Shown: positions 43,782 to 58,861, counted from the first letter of the stretch. The stretch: DNA of 64,000 bases from Eledone cirrhosa (GCA_964016885.1 OZ024752.1:48732001-48796000), one strand, 5' to 3'. The notes: a model not told the origin generated them from the sequence alone. Numbers and translations: made by a program.

Positions 43782-43994
43782 AGTTACCATCTACACATTA
43801 CACCTAAATACCAACATGTATGAGATAGATCTCTCTAAGTCCTAAGGACATGTGTTTCAGTAGCTTGAACAACAAAACAGCCTGCTTGTGAAATTAACAT
43901 GCAACTGTTCAAATATTCCCCAAACATGTGCTCCATTTATATAGCTCTCAGGGAGATTTAGCATAACACATTGTGTGACAAGGCTGATACAATT

Positions 43995-45077
43995 TTCCAT
44001 TCACACTACTCTATATTTACTATTATATTTTCATGGTAAAGTACCAGTAATGCACTGGGTATTTGCTGGCTTTGTGTCAAAAGTAGAAACAATTATATTT
44101 TCATAGTAAAGTCTTTAGTTCATATAATTATCTCACATAATATTGAATCTATGAGATGTTGATATTATTTATTTTGAGAACGGTGCATTGGCAGTATCGG
44201 TAGAGGGTCGGGCGCCATGCTTTGACGCATAGAGTTACGGCCCTTGCCATTCTGAGTTCAAATCACGCCGAGGTTAACTTTGCCTTTCATCCTTACGGGG
44301 TCGATAAAATAAAGTACCAGTAATGTACTGGGTAATTTCTGGCCTTGTGCCAATAGTAGAAACAATTATTTATTTTGAGAACAATACCTTAACATCAGTA
44401 TGAGCAGCTGGTTACTGCCGGTTTGAACAGAAAGAGGTGAAAAATTTCTGGCCGGATATGACTGGTTTAAGCGCTAAAGGGTTAACCCTTTACCATTTAC
44501 ATTACTCTATATTACTATTGTATTTTCATGGTAAAGTCTTTACCTCACATAATTATCTCACATTACTCTATATATACTATTGTATTTTCATGGCAAAGGC
44601 TTTACCTCACATAATTATCTCACATTACTCTATATATACTATTGTATTTTCATGGTAAAGTCTTTACCTCACATAATTATCTCACATTACTCTATATTTA
44701 CTATTGTATTTTCATGGTAAAGTCTTTACCTCACATAATTATCTCACATTACTCTATATATACTATTGTATTTTCATGGCAAAGGCTTTACCTCACATAA
44801 TTATCTCACATTACTCTATATATACTATTGTATTTTCATGGTAAAGGCTTTACCTCACATAATTATCTCACATTACTCTATATTTACTATTGTATTTTCA
44901 TGGTAAAGTCTTTAGCTCACATAATTATCTCACATAATATTGAATCTACGAGATTTTGATATTATTTATTTTGAGAACAACACCTTAACATCAGTATGAG
45001 CAGCCGGTTACTGCCGGTTTGAACAGAAAGGGGTGAGAAAATTCTGACCGGATATGACTGGTTTAAACGCTAAAGGG
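43995..45077 (+). mobile_element. Two tandem piggyBac-type MITEs sharing a TTAA (44482-44485); first has SINE insertions, second has about seven 62-bp units
   Basis: gctaaaggg-TTAA-ccctttacc junction; right end gctaaaggg|TTAA at 45077. Confidence 0.75.
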
Positions 45078-45199
45078 TTAAAATGACGAAAACATGCCAC
45101 ATTCTATGACAGCTCTCCTACAGCACCATCAGGGTTGGCAGGGCCTCAAGGCAAGATTGCTGCATTGTAAACCAAGTGAACCTAAGCTTTTAGGGTGAA

Positions 45200-45342
45200 A
45201 TGGATATCACATGGATATCACATGGATATCACATAGATATCACATAGATATCACATGGATATCACATGGATATCACATGGATATCACATAGATATCACAT
45301 GGATATCACATGGATATCACATGGATATCACATGGATATCAC
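45200..45342. repeat. 11-bp minisatellite (TGGATATCACA)n, about 13 units
   Basis: Direct reading. Confidence 0.95.
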
Positions 45343-46979
45343 AGTAATGATAATAAGGTGATGGCTATGATGGTGATGGTTATGATGACGATTATGATGA
45401 TGATGATGATGACGATGGTGATGGTTATGATGGCTATGGTGGTTATGATGACGATTATGATGATGATGACGATGATGGTGATGGTTATGATGGCTATGAT
45501 GGTTATGATGACGATTATGATGATGATGATGAAGATGATGATGAAGATGGTGATGGTTACGATGGCTATGATGGGTTATGATGACGATTATGATGGTGAT
45601 GATGATGATGACGATGGTGATGGTTATGATGGCTATGGTGGTTATGATGATGACGATTATGATGATGATGATGAAGATGATGATGAAGATGGTGATGGTT
45701 ACGATGGCTATGATGGGTTATGATGACGATTATGATGGTGATGATGATGATGACGATGGTGATGGTTACGATGGCTATGATGGTTATGATGATGACGATT
45801 ATGATGATGATGATGAAGATGATGATGAAGATGGTGATGGTTACGATGGCTATGATGGGTTATGATGACGATTATGATGGTGATGATGATGATGACGATG
45901 GTGATGGTTACGATGGCTATGATGGGTTATGATGACGATTATGATGGTGGTGATGATGATGACGATGGTGATGGTTATGATGGCTATGATGGATGGTTAT
46001 GATGATGATGATGATGATGGTGACGATTATGATGATGATGGTGATCGTGATGGTGGTGGTGACCATGGTGATGATGATGGTGACGATTATGATGATGATG
46101 ATGATGGTGATGATGGTGGTGACCATGGTGATGATGATGGTGACGATTATGATGATGATGATGATGGTGATGATGGTGGTGACCATGGTGATGGTTATGA
46201 TGGCTATGATGGATGGTTATGATGATGATGATGATGATGATGGTGACGATTATGATGATGATGGTGATGGTGATGGTGGTGGTGACCATGGTGATGATGA
46301 TGGTGACGATTATGATGATGATGATGATGGTGATGATGGTGGTGACCATGGTGATGATGATGGTGACGATTATGATGATGATGATGATGGTGATGATGGT
46401 GGTGACCATGGTGATGGTTATGATGGCTATGATGGATGGTTATGATGATGATGATGATGATGATGGTGACGATTATGATGATGATGATGATGGTGATGGT
46501 GGTGGTGACCATGGTGATGATGATGGTGACGATTATGATGATGATGATGATGGTGATGGTGGTGGTGACCATGGTGATGATGGTACCAATGAGGATGGCT
46601 TGTGATATTAGATCTTCTAGAAAGCTTACTTATAAATATTGCATACTGGTAATCTGAAGATATCTACTACGTCCTTAAGACCTGAGAGGGGGGGGGGGGG
46701 TAGAGGGGGGAGTAGAGATAGTGAGGGGGAGGTGAGGGGAGGGGGTAGAGAGAGAGGGGGAGAGGTCGGGGTCCAGATTTCAAAGTGAGCAAGATTATTG
46801 AAGATGGCTTAAAGGTGGAAAGCAGAGGTCAGAGGTCAGAGGTCAGTGAAGTTTGTTGCCAAGGAGATTAAATTAATGCACAGGTTAATATATGTATAAT
46901 AACAAAGAGGTGGTGATTGGTGGGGTGGGGGGGGGGGGGGGCACATGTGGTGGTGGTGTGGGGGGTGGGGGGGAGCACA

Positions 46980-48100
46980 TGTGGTGGTGGTGTGGTGTGT
47001 GTTGGTGTGGTGGTGTGGTGTGGTGTGGTGTGTGTTGGTGTGGTGGTGTGTGGTGGTGTGGTGTGGTGAGGTGTGGTATGTGTTGGTGTGGTGTGGTGTG
47101 GTAAGGTGTGGTGTGGTAAGGTGTGGTGTGGTGAGGTGCGCTCAGGTGTGTTGGTGTGTTCAGGTGTGGTGTGGTGTGTTGTGGTGTGGTGTGGTGTGGT
47201 GAGGTGCGCTCAGGTGTGTTGGTGTGTTCAGGTGTGGTGTGGTGTGTTGTGGTGTGGTGTGGTGTGGTGTGGTGTGGTGTGGTGTGGTGTGGTGTGGTGT
47301 GGTGTGGTGTGGTGTGGTGTGGTGTGGTGTGGTGTGGTGTGGTGTGTTCAGGTGTGTTGGTGTGTTCAGGTGTGGTGTGGTGTGTTGTGGTGTGGTCTAC
47401 GAAGGTGTGTTCAGGTGTGGTGTGTTGAAGTGTGATCTGTGTTGCTGTGGTGAGGTGAGGTGAGGTGTGGTGTGGTGTGTTCAGGTGTGGTCCACGAAGG
47501 TGTGTGGGGATGCGTAGATGGATGTATTTATGTATGTAGGTATGTGGGTGTTGGGTGTGTAGGTATGTGTGTGGTGGGGTGGGGGATATGGTTGTGGGGG
47601 TAGCCAGGTGCAGTAAGGTGTGGCGATGTGTAGTGATATGAAGTAAGGAGCGGAGGGGGGGGGTTATGAAATCAGGTGAACTAGATGTGGTGTTGCGAGG
47701 GGTGGGTGGGGCGTGTGTGGAGTGGGGGTGTAGGTGTGTGGGTGTGTGTGTGGGGTGAGAAGGCGTGAATTGAATGAATAAATGGGTGCAGTAAGGTGTG
47801 ATGTGGTGAGGCGGGGGGGGGGGGGGGTTAGAGCAGGTAAGGTATGGAGAAGGGGGATGATGTGAGATGAGGTGAGATGAAGCGTAGTCTGGTGCAGTAA
47901 GGTGTGGTGTGGTGTGGTGTGGTGTGGTGAGGTGAGGTGTGACGGGGTGTGTTGTGGTGTACTGAGGTGTGGTGAGGTGTGGTGAGGTGTGTGGTGTGGT
48001 GTGGTGTGGTGAGGTGTGGTGTGGTGAGGTGTGACGGGGGTGTGTTGTGGTGTACTGAGGTGTGATGAGGTGTGGTGAGGTGTGGTGAGGTGTGTGTGTG
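46980..48100. repeat. (GGTGT)n-derived GT-rich tract
   Basis: Direct reading. Confidence 0.9.
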
Positions 48101-48312
48101 ACAAGGTGAGTTATGATGTAGTGAGGTACAATAACGAGGGTGGGCTGAGAGAAGGTGAGGTGTTGAGGCATAGAGGTGGGGTGAGAATGGCTAAGGTGGG
48201 ATAAGAGGTGATAAGGTGTGTGGAGGTGTAATGAGGTATTCTGTCTGTTTGTCTTTAGAACAAATCACCTCTATTTCTCTGGGTACATTGACCAGGGAAA
48301 TATTGATAGAAC

Positions 48313-48481
48313 CAGGGCCGTCTTAATGCATGGGCATGCTGGGCAGTTGCCCAGGGGCCCCACAAGGATAGGGGGCCCATTTGTATTTTTATTCCTGTGA
48401 GTGGTTGCGTAGGTAGGGGCCCCAGTGCTCTGCTTTGCCCGGGGGGGGGGGGGGGCCTATAATGCTGTTAAGACACACCTG
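48313..48481. mobile_element. hAT-type MITE
   Basis: Imperfect TIRs cagggccgtcttaa / ttaagacacacctg with an 8-bp TSD gatagaac (48305-48312, 48482-48489). Confidence 0.75.
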
Positions 48482-49299
48482 GATAGAACCTCTCTTTCTT
48501 TCTTGTTCTTTCACAATATACCTGCCTATTGTCCTTCTCCTTTCCATTGTCATATTTCTAATGAAAGACACTGCTTCATCATCATCATCACCGTTTTACG
48601 TCCGTTCTTCCACGCTAGCATGGGTTAGACAGGTTGTCCTGTTGTGGGCAGTGTCTGGTCGGCTGACCATGCCTTGCTCATACAGGAACTGATCTGGCTT
48701 GATTTCTACAGCTGGATGCCCTTCCTAACACCAACCTCATTTACAGTGTGGACTGGGTGCTTTTTCGTGGCGCCTACACGTCCACTTTACTGTGTGGGCT
48801 GGGTGCTTTTTTGCCGTGGCACCTCCACGACCACCTTGCAGTGGGGGGCGTGGGGGCATATTGTCTATATGCTTCAGCTTGTACCCATGGGAGGTCGGGT
48901 ACTCTGTATTACTACGTGACGCCAGAGGTCACGGTCGTGTGTCATTGCCTTTGAGAGGTGTAATTGGGTAAGGTTGGCTTTTATCACCTCGGTCGGCTTA
49001 TGATTTTTAAATGATTCTTAAAATAATCAAGAATTTGGAGTGATTTAGTAATATAGCAACCTTATTTATTATTATCCCTTCAGCATTTAAACCTGCTGTA
49101 TTCAGCCAGAATTCTCTCACCAGAATTCTCTATGTGAGATAAAGCAAACATACAATAGTATATATAGAGAGTAATGTAAATGCTAAATGGTTAAGCTAGT
49201 GTTTGGAGCATATGGGTTCATGGGTTTTACATCCCTGTTTGATGGACAATCGGTTTACATCTCTGAGGAAGAAGCCTGATTATTAGGGTGCTTTCTGGA

Positions 49300-49543
49300 A
49301 GACCAACATTTCCCTAGGTGTGCAAGTTTGCCCTCTTCCTGACACCCATGTTGTCCATTAGAAAGGTAAGGGGTGATACAGCTTGGCACCAGTGTTGTCA
49401 CAATTTGTTTCGAACTAAGTGCACTGGATCAACATGAAATAAAGTGTCTTGCTTAAGAATACAACACACTACCCAGTTTTGGAATGAAACTCATGGTCTT
49501 AGGATCATAAGCTCAGCACACTAACCACTAAAATAGAGGCCTT
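49300..49543 (-). mobile_element. Degenerate CORE-like SINE
   Basis: Plus strand gaaataaagtgtcttgcttaagaatacaac...ctaaccactaa matches the reverse complement of the family A/D head. Confidence 0.55.
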
Positions 49544-49569
49544 CATATAAAATTATGATAGGTGTTTAA

Positions 49570-49982
49570 CCCTTTGCCATTTACATTACTCTATATATAC
49601 TGTTATATTTTCATGGTAAAGTCTTGACCACATAATTATCTCACATAATATCGAATCTATGAGATTTTGATATTATTTGTTTTAAGAACAATACCTTAAC
49701 ATAAGTATCAGTGGCCGGTTATTGCTGGTTTGAACAGAAAGAGGTGAGAGAATTCTGACCGGATTTGACCAGTTTAAACACTAAAGGGTTAACCCTTTAC
49801 CATTTACACTACTCTATATATATTATTATATTTTCATGGTAAAGACTTTACCTCACATAATATCATATCTATGAGATTTTGATATTATTTATTTTGAGAA
49901 CAATACCTTAACATCAGTAGGAGTGGCTGGTTATGGTCGGTTTGAACAGAAAGAGGTGTACGACCGGTTTAAACGCTAAAGG
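49570..49982 (+). mobile_element. Two tandem unexpanded piggyBac-type MITEs (about 220 and 190 bp) sharing TTAA at 49789-49792
   Basis: TTAA|CCCTTT...ctaaaggg-TTAA-ccctttac...gctaaagg. Confidence 0.8.
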
Positions 49983-50431
49983 TTTAAATAAATATAAATA
50001 CTTTAAAACGGAGAGTTTTATAACGTATCTATAACCCTCTAGTATATTTTGTTACTCACTTCTGAATCTGAAAGTGAATAGCAGGTGTGGGGTGGAAGAG
50101 TTTTTACCTGTGAGTAACTTGGTTTCTAGTATCTTGCCTGGACACGTATTCAACTGACACACACCACAACAATGTCATCAACTAACAAAAACATTTGTGT
50201 TTTACACACAGAATCAAGTGCAAATATATACCTGAACATCTCTACCTGAATATCTATCTATAGATATACATATATATACACACAGAGAAACCAAGATGTA
50301 TATATGTACACAGAGATATCAATATATAAATATGTCTTTAAATTAGCAGATTTTTTAAATGATGAAAAAAAAAAAAAAAAAAAAATGTCCATATTAAGTG
50401 GATCAAATAATCAGACACTTGTAAGTGTGTG

Positions 50432-50481
<50 letters not shown>

Positions 50482-50634
50482 CTCATAAATATATATATAT
50501 ACATATTTATTTATGTGTATATATCATGCCACCGTGGAAGATCGACGTTAATGGATGATGATATATATATATATATATAAACATATATATACATATATAT
50601 AAACATATAAAAACATATATATATATGTATAAAC

Positions 50635-50676
<42 letters not shown>

Positions 50677-50779
50677 ATATATAAACATATATATATACAT
50701 ATATATATATAAACATGTATATATATATATATACATATAAACATATATACATATGTACATATACATAATTGGCAGCAGT

Positions 50780-50815
<36 letters not shown>

Positions 50816-53314
50816 AATATATGTAGTATCTATGGTACATTGGTTGTTTGTTTTGTATTAGAAACAGTCTTGTAATTAAAAAATAACAATTGATATTCAA
50901 TCATGCACACGACCAACATACGGCATTGGTTTATGTTAGGGACCTGTTCCAACATGAAGTCCTGGCCGACTTACACCTGCTATTATAGGTAGGCCTTGTT
51001 TTTAAAGAGTGCTCCCTTCTTAAATCGTATATCCCTATGTGAAGTTCATGAAGAGAGGAAATGATCCTTTAATTAGTTCATAGCTAATTAGTCAAGAAAT
51101 GTACTAATTAAAAAAAAAAAAAAAAAAAAGAATGTTTGACAGATTTCTCTTTACATTTTTTACTAGTTTTATTCATCAGACTCCGGCCATGCTAGAGCAC
51201 CACCTTCAAGAGAAGGATTTAGTAGAATTTATGATATGAACACCAGTACTTTAATGTTATTGATTTGTTTTTTGTCAAACTGCTAAGTTATGGTACATAA
51301 ACAAACATGAACACACAAATACACACATACATACATATATCATCATCATTATCATCATAGTTTTTGGCAGTAGTATATATACTGGTTGGATGCCCTTCTT
51401 AACACCAGCACCACTTTACAGTAAGGACTGGGTGCTTTTATCCGTGCCACCAGCACTAGAGAGGTCGTCTTACTGGACTCAGGGGCCCTCTCTACCCCTC
51501 CATTTTACAGCATGGACTGGGTGTTTTTATTTGTGCCACCATCACTAGGGAAGTTGTATATATAATATATACATATATTTAATATATAGCTCAAGGAAAT
51601 GACAAACAGAGGTAGAAAAAGTCTTATTAGTTTCATGCTTTATGTGGAAAAGGGGAAAGAAAGTTTGACATGTCAGGCTTTAGCCCTTCTTCGGGAGTAC
51701 AAAAATGAGGGATAATAAACATAGTTTGAAGGAGGAGAATATATACTGAGCAGAGTGGCAGGAAAAGAGTGAGAAAGATAGAGAGAACACTATAGCAGTG
51801 CACATGCTAAAACACACACACACACAAGTATTTTCATTTACTAAGCATTTGTACAACAACATTACATTTTATTTCTTCTCTTTTTTCATTATTTTTGACA
51901 TTTTTGACAGAATATAGATATATCTTCCTTTTCTTCATTTTTCTTCTTTCTTTAATATTATGTTTATAGAGTTTAAGCATGAGCAACGTTGTGAATCATT
52001 TTAGCTAAATGCAGGCATAGTGAATTCATTAATTAAGTTGATTTTTTAACATATACTTATTTTATTTATATTTATATACTTTTATTTACATACCTATATT
52101 TACACACAGTGTATAGGTATGTAAATATAGGTATACTTTTATTTACATACACATACACACAGTGGCAAACATATACCCCCAAAATTATTTGTCATATGAT
52201 AAACAACGCTATAGACATTAAGAAAGTTGAAAAATTCCATAAACATTAAAAAAAATGTTTAGTTTTAAAACTGATTTTTTTAAAAATTTTAAATACAATA
52301 AATATAAAAGATTAGAAAAAAAAAATTCAATTCTGTATATTTATGCAGTTTATAATTAGATGTAATTTGCATAAATTTCCATTTGATAAGTAAACATAAA
52401 AAGCAAAACAATATGTTTAAAGCTGAAAGAAGAAGCATGGATGACAAAAAATAATCTATATTGAAATAAACACATCAAAATAAAACAATGATTTAAATTA
52501 TTATTCTTATTATTGTTATAATTCTTTTCTTGTACGTGATTAGCAAATGGATGATTTGAAATCATGTGTTGAAATATTTAAAAAATAATACATATATGTT
52601 GCTGCATACTGGACATTTATTAAACTTTAATGCACCACTGACTTTTTAGACTTTTATTCATATTTCTTATAGAGTTATTAGCATCAAAATATTTCAACAT
52701 AGATGTATTTCAACATACATCTTTAACCTAGTCATTCATACTACTCTACTATACAGAGTTCTGATACTTAACCCTTTAGCATTTACATTATATATATATT
52801 GTTGTATTTTCATGGTAAAGGCTTTATCTTACATAATTATCTCACATAATATTGAATCTACGAGATTTTGATATTATTTATTTTGAGAATAATACTTTAA
52901 CATCATATGTTCCCTGCTATAATTACAGCCCTGCCAGCTACCTCAAAAAATAACAACTGAAAGGAAGAAATGTTCACATTTAGAGAAGAACGGATACCCA
53001 AATACAACATTTTAAATCCATTGTCGTTACTAAAATAGGGCTTAAGCCTTGCAGGACCTCTAAAAGGCCTTCATACTCTTCATGAAGTCCGTTTCAAGGT
53101 AATATTTTACAGCTAGATGACTTTCCTTGGATCAACGCGTTTATGATTTTTAACAAAGTACTTGACGTCTAGGATTTAGCTTACAAACCCCTAGTAATAT
53201 CTTAGCAGTGCTAGGGATCTGTAAGCTAAATTCAAAACTGAGTTTCTTTTTTTTTTTTTTTTTTTTTTTTTGGTAAAGACAGGAAAGAAAGAGGAAAACA
53301 TAAAATTATCCTAC

Positions 53315-53468
53315 CTTAATTTCATTCTTGAATCTTTCTGGGTTGGTAATGTTAGAAACATCTTCTTGACCACAGAAGAATACAATAACATTGAAGACGA
53401 TTCTCAGAAAGTTTCCAATATGGCAGTCAGCGATAGAATAGTTATCAGTAATCAGTATTAATGTAATG
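53315..53468 (-). CDS. fuz: Internal coding exon of fuzzy planar cell polarity / CPLANE protein (first longin domain region)
   Basis: Minus strand: polypyrimidine acceptor ttttattttctgtccacag, 154-nt exon, donor aag|gtagga. After 1 nt it reads ITLILITDNYSIADCHIGNFLRIVFNVIVFFCGQEDVSNITNPERFKNEIK, which aligns without gaps to recalled human FUZ ITLIVLSSEVGISELRLERLLQMVFGAMVLLVGLEELTNIRNVERLKKDLR. Not in the ORF track. No other exons identified. Confidence 0.85.
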
Positions 53469-53613
53469 CTGTGGACAGAAAATAAAAGAAGAGATATTGT
53501 TTGAAAAAAAAAGAAATATATATATAAACTACATGATATATATATAAGAAAATATCTCTATAATGTACATGATATATATATAATATAATATATATATACA
53601 TATATCTATATAA

Positions 53614-53656
<43 letters not shown>

Positions 53657-53657
<1 letters not shown>

Positions 53658-53825
53658 ATGAAGGAATAGTGGTAAGGAACCAGATGGACCATAATGCACC
53701 AGAGTACTCAATACTTAGAGTAGTAGAGTGGGTAATAGGAAAAGTTATGACCCCGATGGCAGAGCTCAAGCCGTTTCGACGGTTATTTCTGGACTCTGAG
53801 CTCTGCCGTCAGGGTCATACCTTTT

Positions 53826-53829
<4 letters not shown>
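53657..53829 (-). mobile_element. Family B fold-back element
   Basis: Reverse-complement tail plus tatgaccccgatggcagagctca...tgagctctgccgtcagggtcata; (TA)n flanks. Confidence 0.75.
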
Positions 53830-53867
<38 letters not shown>

Positions 53868-55347
53868 TACATTTATCCTGGGTTCAATCGAGTGTAACAA
53901 CAGTAAGTAAGGTACTCAATACGTAGCAGAGTATAAACATTTAATATGATGATTTCTCCAGAATTAAACAGTTCTAGCCCTATAGAACTCATTTCTAAGG
54001 TATTGTTCTCAAAACTGGGTAGTGTGTTGTGTTCTTAAATCTGGGCAATGGCAAAAGGATAAAAAAGGATGTGATGCTATGATGAAACCAGAAAGATGAC
54101 AATTTAAAAAAGAATCAACCCTGGTGGGATTTGAACTCCTGACTAAATGTTAGAAAAATGAACTGGCCATTGGGGAATGTATAGTCGAAGTAGCAACTAT
54201 GAAAGACATTAAGTAAATATAATTAACTCAATGTACTGTACTGAAACTGCTTTAGCAAGATATTCTTGAAAAGTAGAAAACCATTATAAATGTATTATAT
54301 TAAAAATTAAAGCCTTTCTCCAGTTCACTGCAAATTCTCACAATGATCTGCCGAAATGATATTTTAAATCTTGATTTAACAAACCTCTCTCTCTAAAGAT
54401 ACTCTATAATTACCTCACATAACATAAAATCTACAAGATTTTGAGATTTATTTTGAAAACAATACCTTAACGTTGGTATGAGTGGCCAGTTACGACCAGT
54501 TTGAACAGAAAGAAGTGAAAGAATTCTGGCCGGGTGATGTGTTGTTTCCTTGAGCAAGACACTTTATTTCACGTTGCTCCAGTTTACTCAGCTGTAGAAA
54601 TGAGATGATAGGGACTGGGGTCCCTATCATTAAATCACCCAAGACACATCCAACTAGATATACCTTGGAGGAGGCCAGCTAAACCTGCATAGGTGTGAGC
54701 TGTCACACACACACATACATACACACATATATATATGTGAGTGTGTGTGTGTGAGTGTTTGTGTGTGTTCATTGTAAAAGTCAAAGAAGTGTGGTTAGAG
54801 GTAGCACTGATGGTGATATACTGGTGGTGATAGGAATGTTGCAAGGGTATGTTTGATGGGTAGTGAAGGAGCTAGAGGCCATGGTGGTATGATGGTGGTA
54901 GTGGAGATGGTGCTGTTGTTTTTTTTTTTTTTTGTTTTTTAATGATAATGGTATGGTGTTTGTGATGGTCATTTTCTTTTTCTCTCTTGTTTAGAAAATA
55001 TCAGAATTAGTAAAATGAGTCATGACAATATTCCTCAATTTGTTAGAAGAGGGAGAAAGATTTTTACTTTTCGTTTCACTGCTAATGTTTGTTTTTTTTT
55101 AAAGTTTTTTTTTATGTTTTTTTATGTTTTTTTTTGAATTTTTTTATTTTAAAGTTTTTTTTCAAGGTATTTTTTTTTAGTTTTTAGGTATTTTTTTTTT
55201 TAGTTTATACTTCAAATAAAAGTGTATGAAAGACTCAACCCCATTCCTGTACCTTTGTTGTATTGTCATTCGACCTATTGTTCTTATTCCACTTCTTTCT
55301 CACCCGAAAAACCCCCACTCCCCACAATATTAATGTAATCAGCGTCG

Positions 55348-55380
<33 letters not shown>

Positions 55381-55739
55381 CCATCGCCATCATTGTCATT
55401 GCGTGATAGTCATCATCATTGTCATCATCATCATCATCATCATCATCACACATCATCATCATCATCATCATCATCATCACCATATCCATCATTGTCATTG
55501 CCGTAATCATCATCATAACCATCATCATCGTTGTCACTGTTGTTGTGACTGTTGTCATCACCATCACCACCACCATCACCATCACCATCACCATCACCAC
55601 CACCACCACCATCACCATCACCATCACCATCACCATCACCAATCAATGTAGCTACACCCTCCACCCTTTCAAAAGTTTAATACAGGACATTATTATATCA
55701 TATCACCATTGTACATAACATAAAGGAAGATAGTATTAT

Positions 55740-55806
55740 ATACACACATACATCATATATATATATATACACACATACATCATATATATATATACACACA
55801 TATATC

Positions 55807-55842
<36 letters not shown>

Positions 55843-56216
55843 ATCATATATATATATACACACATACATCATATATATATATACACACATACATCATATA
55901 TATATATACACACATACATCATATATATATATACACACATACATCATATATATATATACACACATACATCATATATATATATACACACATACATCATATA
56001 TATATATACACACATACATCATATATATATATACACACATACATCATATATATATATACACACATACATCATATATATATATACACACATACATCATATA
56101 TATATATACACACATACATCATATATATATATACACACATACATCATATATATATATACACACATACATCATATATATATATACACACATACATCATATA
56201 TATATATACACACATA

Positions 56217-56260
<44 letters not shown>
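55740..56260. repeat. 26-bp minisatellite tacacacatacatcatatatatata(t)
   Basis: Direct reading. Confidence 0.9.
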
Positions 56261-56262
<2 letters not shown>

Positions 56263-56376
56263 TATATATGTATGTGTATATATATGTATACATGAGTATA
56301 TATATATATATACATATATATATATACATACATATATATATATATATGTATGTGTATATATATGTATACATGAGTA

Positions 56377-56449
<73 letters not shown>

Positions 56450-56476
56450 GAGTATATATATATATGAGTGTATATG

Positions 56477-56507
<31 letters not shown>

Positions 56508-56559
56508 ATGCATGTGTATATATATATGTATACATGAGTATATATATATAAATATATAT

Positions 56560-56631
<72 letters not shown>

Positions 56632-57470
56632 GAGTATATATATATGTATAAATATATATATGAGTGTATGTATATATTTATATGAATGAGTGAATAGAAA
56701 TGTGTCAGTGTTAGGGAGGTAAATTATAAAAAAAGTCATTTAATTGTGTGTGTATGTACTTATATGTGTGTATGTAGTTATATGTGTGTGTGTATGTAGT
56801 TATATGTGTGTGTATGTACTTATATGTGTGTGTATGTACTTATATGTGTGTATGTAGTTATATGTGTGTGTGTAAGTAGTTATATGTGTGTGTGTATGTA
56901 GTTATATGTGTTTGTGTATGAAGTTATATGTGTGTGTGTATGTAGTTATATGTGTTTGTGTATGAAGTTATATGTGTGTGTATGCAGTTATATATGTGTG
57001 TGTATGTAGTTATATATGTGTGTGTATGTAGTTATATGTGTGTGTGTATGTAGTTATATGTGTGTGTGTATGTAGTTATATGTGTGTGTGTATGTAGTTA
57101 TATATGTGTGTGTATGTAGTTATATGTGTTTGTGTATGTGATGGAAACTGTAGCACAAAGAATGTCTGACTTTGATGAATGTACACGAGTGTGCGTGCGT
57201 GTGTGTGTGTGTGCGTGTTTATGCGCACGTGTATGTGTGTATGTGTGTGTGTCTGTATGAGTTTGTGCGCACGTGTGTGGCAGTGTGTGTTTGCATATAT
57301 TTGACTGTTTGTGTATGAATCTGCATGTGTCCAATGAATGAGTAAAGTTATGGCTGAGATCTGTGTTGTTGTTTAAATATGTACATATTCTGTCTGACTC
57401 TCTCTCTCCCTATCTCTCTCTATCCCCCTCTTTCTCTGTCTCTATCCCTCTCCCCCTATCTTTCTGTCTG

Positions 57471-57519
<49 letters not shown>

Positions 57520-57647
57520 TATTCTCAGTTTATCTATTGCCTGTTTGAGAGGATGTCAGTGGTGAAATAGAAACTATTGGAAAGTATATATATATATATA
57601 TACCTATATATATACACCTATAGATGTATATATATATATATACCTAG

Positions 57648-57689
<42 letters not shown>

Positions 57690-57898
57690 ATATATATATA
57701 TATATATACCTAGATATATATACACACCTATATATAAATATATATATATATACATATATACCTAGATATATATACACACCTATATATATATATATACATA
57801 TATACCTATATATATATATATACATATATACCTAGATATATATACACACCTATATATATATATATATATATACATATATACCTAGATATATATACACA

Positions 57899-57936
<38 letters not shown>

Positions 57937-58448
57937 TACCTATATATATATACATATATATACATATAGCTATAGATATATATAAATATATATTTACACC
58001 TATATATATATATATATATATATATAAATATAAATATATATTTACACCTATATACACCTATATACACACATATATATACAAATATACACACATACACACA
58101 CGCACATATATGTATATGTGTATAAACATTTGTATATGCATGCGTAAGTGTGTATTTATTTATATGGAAGTTTCCAGTTATTGATTTGAAACGAAATAAA
58201 AAGGACTACAATAGCAATCACCCTTGCTTACAAAGATTAATAAAACAGTTTTACAGTTGATTTTGCTGGGCTTTCTCATATTACGACATAAAAGCTTCAT
58301 TGAAACGACACAATAGCTCACAATAATACACACATACACTACACAAAACAGTGGATACACAACTCATACTTCACAATGATGGAAATACTGACAACAACAA
58401 CAACAAACAACAGCAAGAACAGCAACAATAGTAATAATAGTAGTAGTA

Positions 58449-58508
<60 letters not shown>

Positions 58509-58598
58509 TTTTTTTTTTTTTTTTTTTTTAAATGTTAACAAAAAAAAAAGATATATGAATGAATAAATAAATAATAGAAGGGAGTGAGAAGAAAAAAA

Positions 58599-58663
<65 letters not shown>

Positions 58664-58666
58664 ATT

Positions 58667-58711
<45 letters not shown>

Positions 58712-58726
58712 ATTTATATATATACA

Positions 58727-58785
<59 letters not shown>

Positions 58786-58788
58786 ATT

Positions 58789-58861
<73 letters not shown>

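Noticed and set aside
46630-46681. Possible small minus-strand exons with plausible splice signals (also about 50975-51065, about 27320-27364, about 42622-42658)
   Set aside because: Short open frames with no recognisable homology; cannot be separated from chance without RNA data.
53270-53461. Plus-strand 63-aa ORF
   Set aside because: It is the antisense shadow of the fuz exon.
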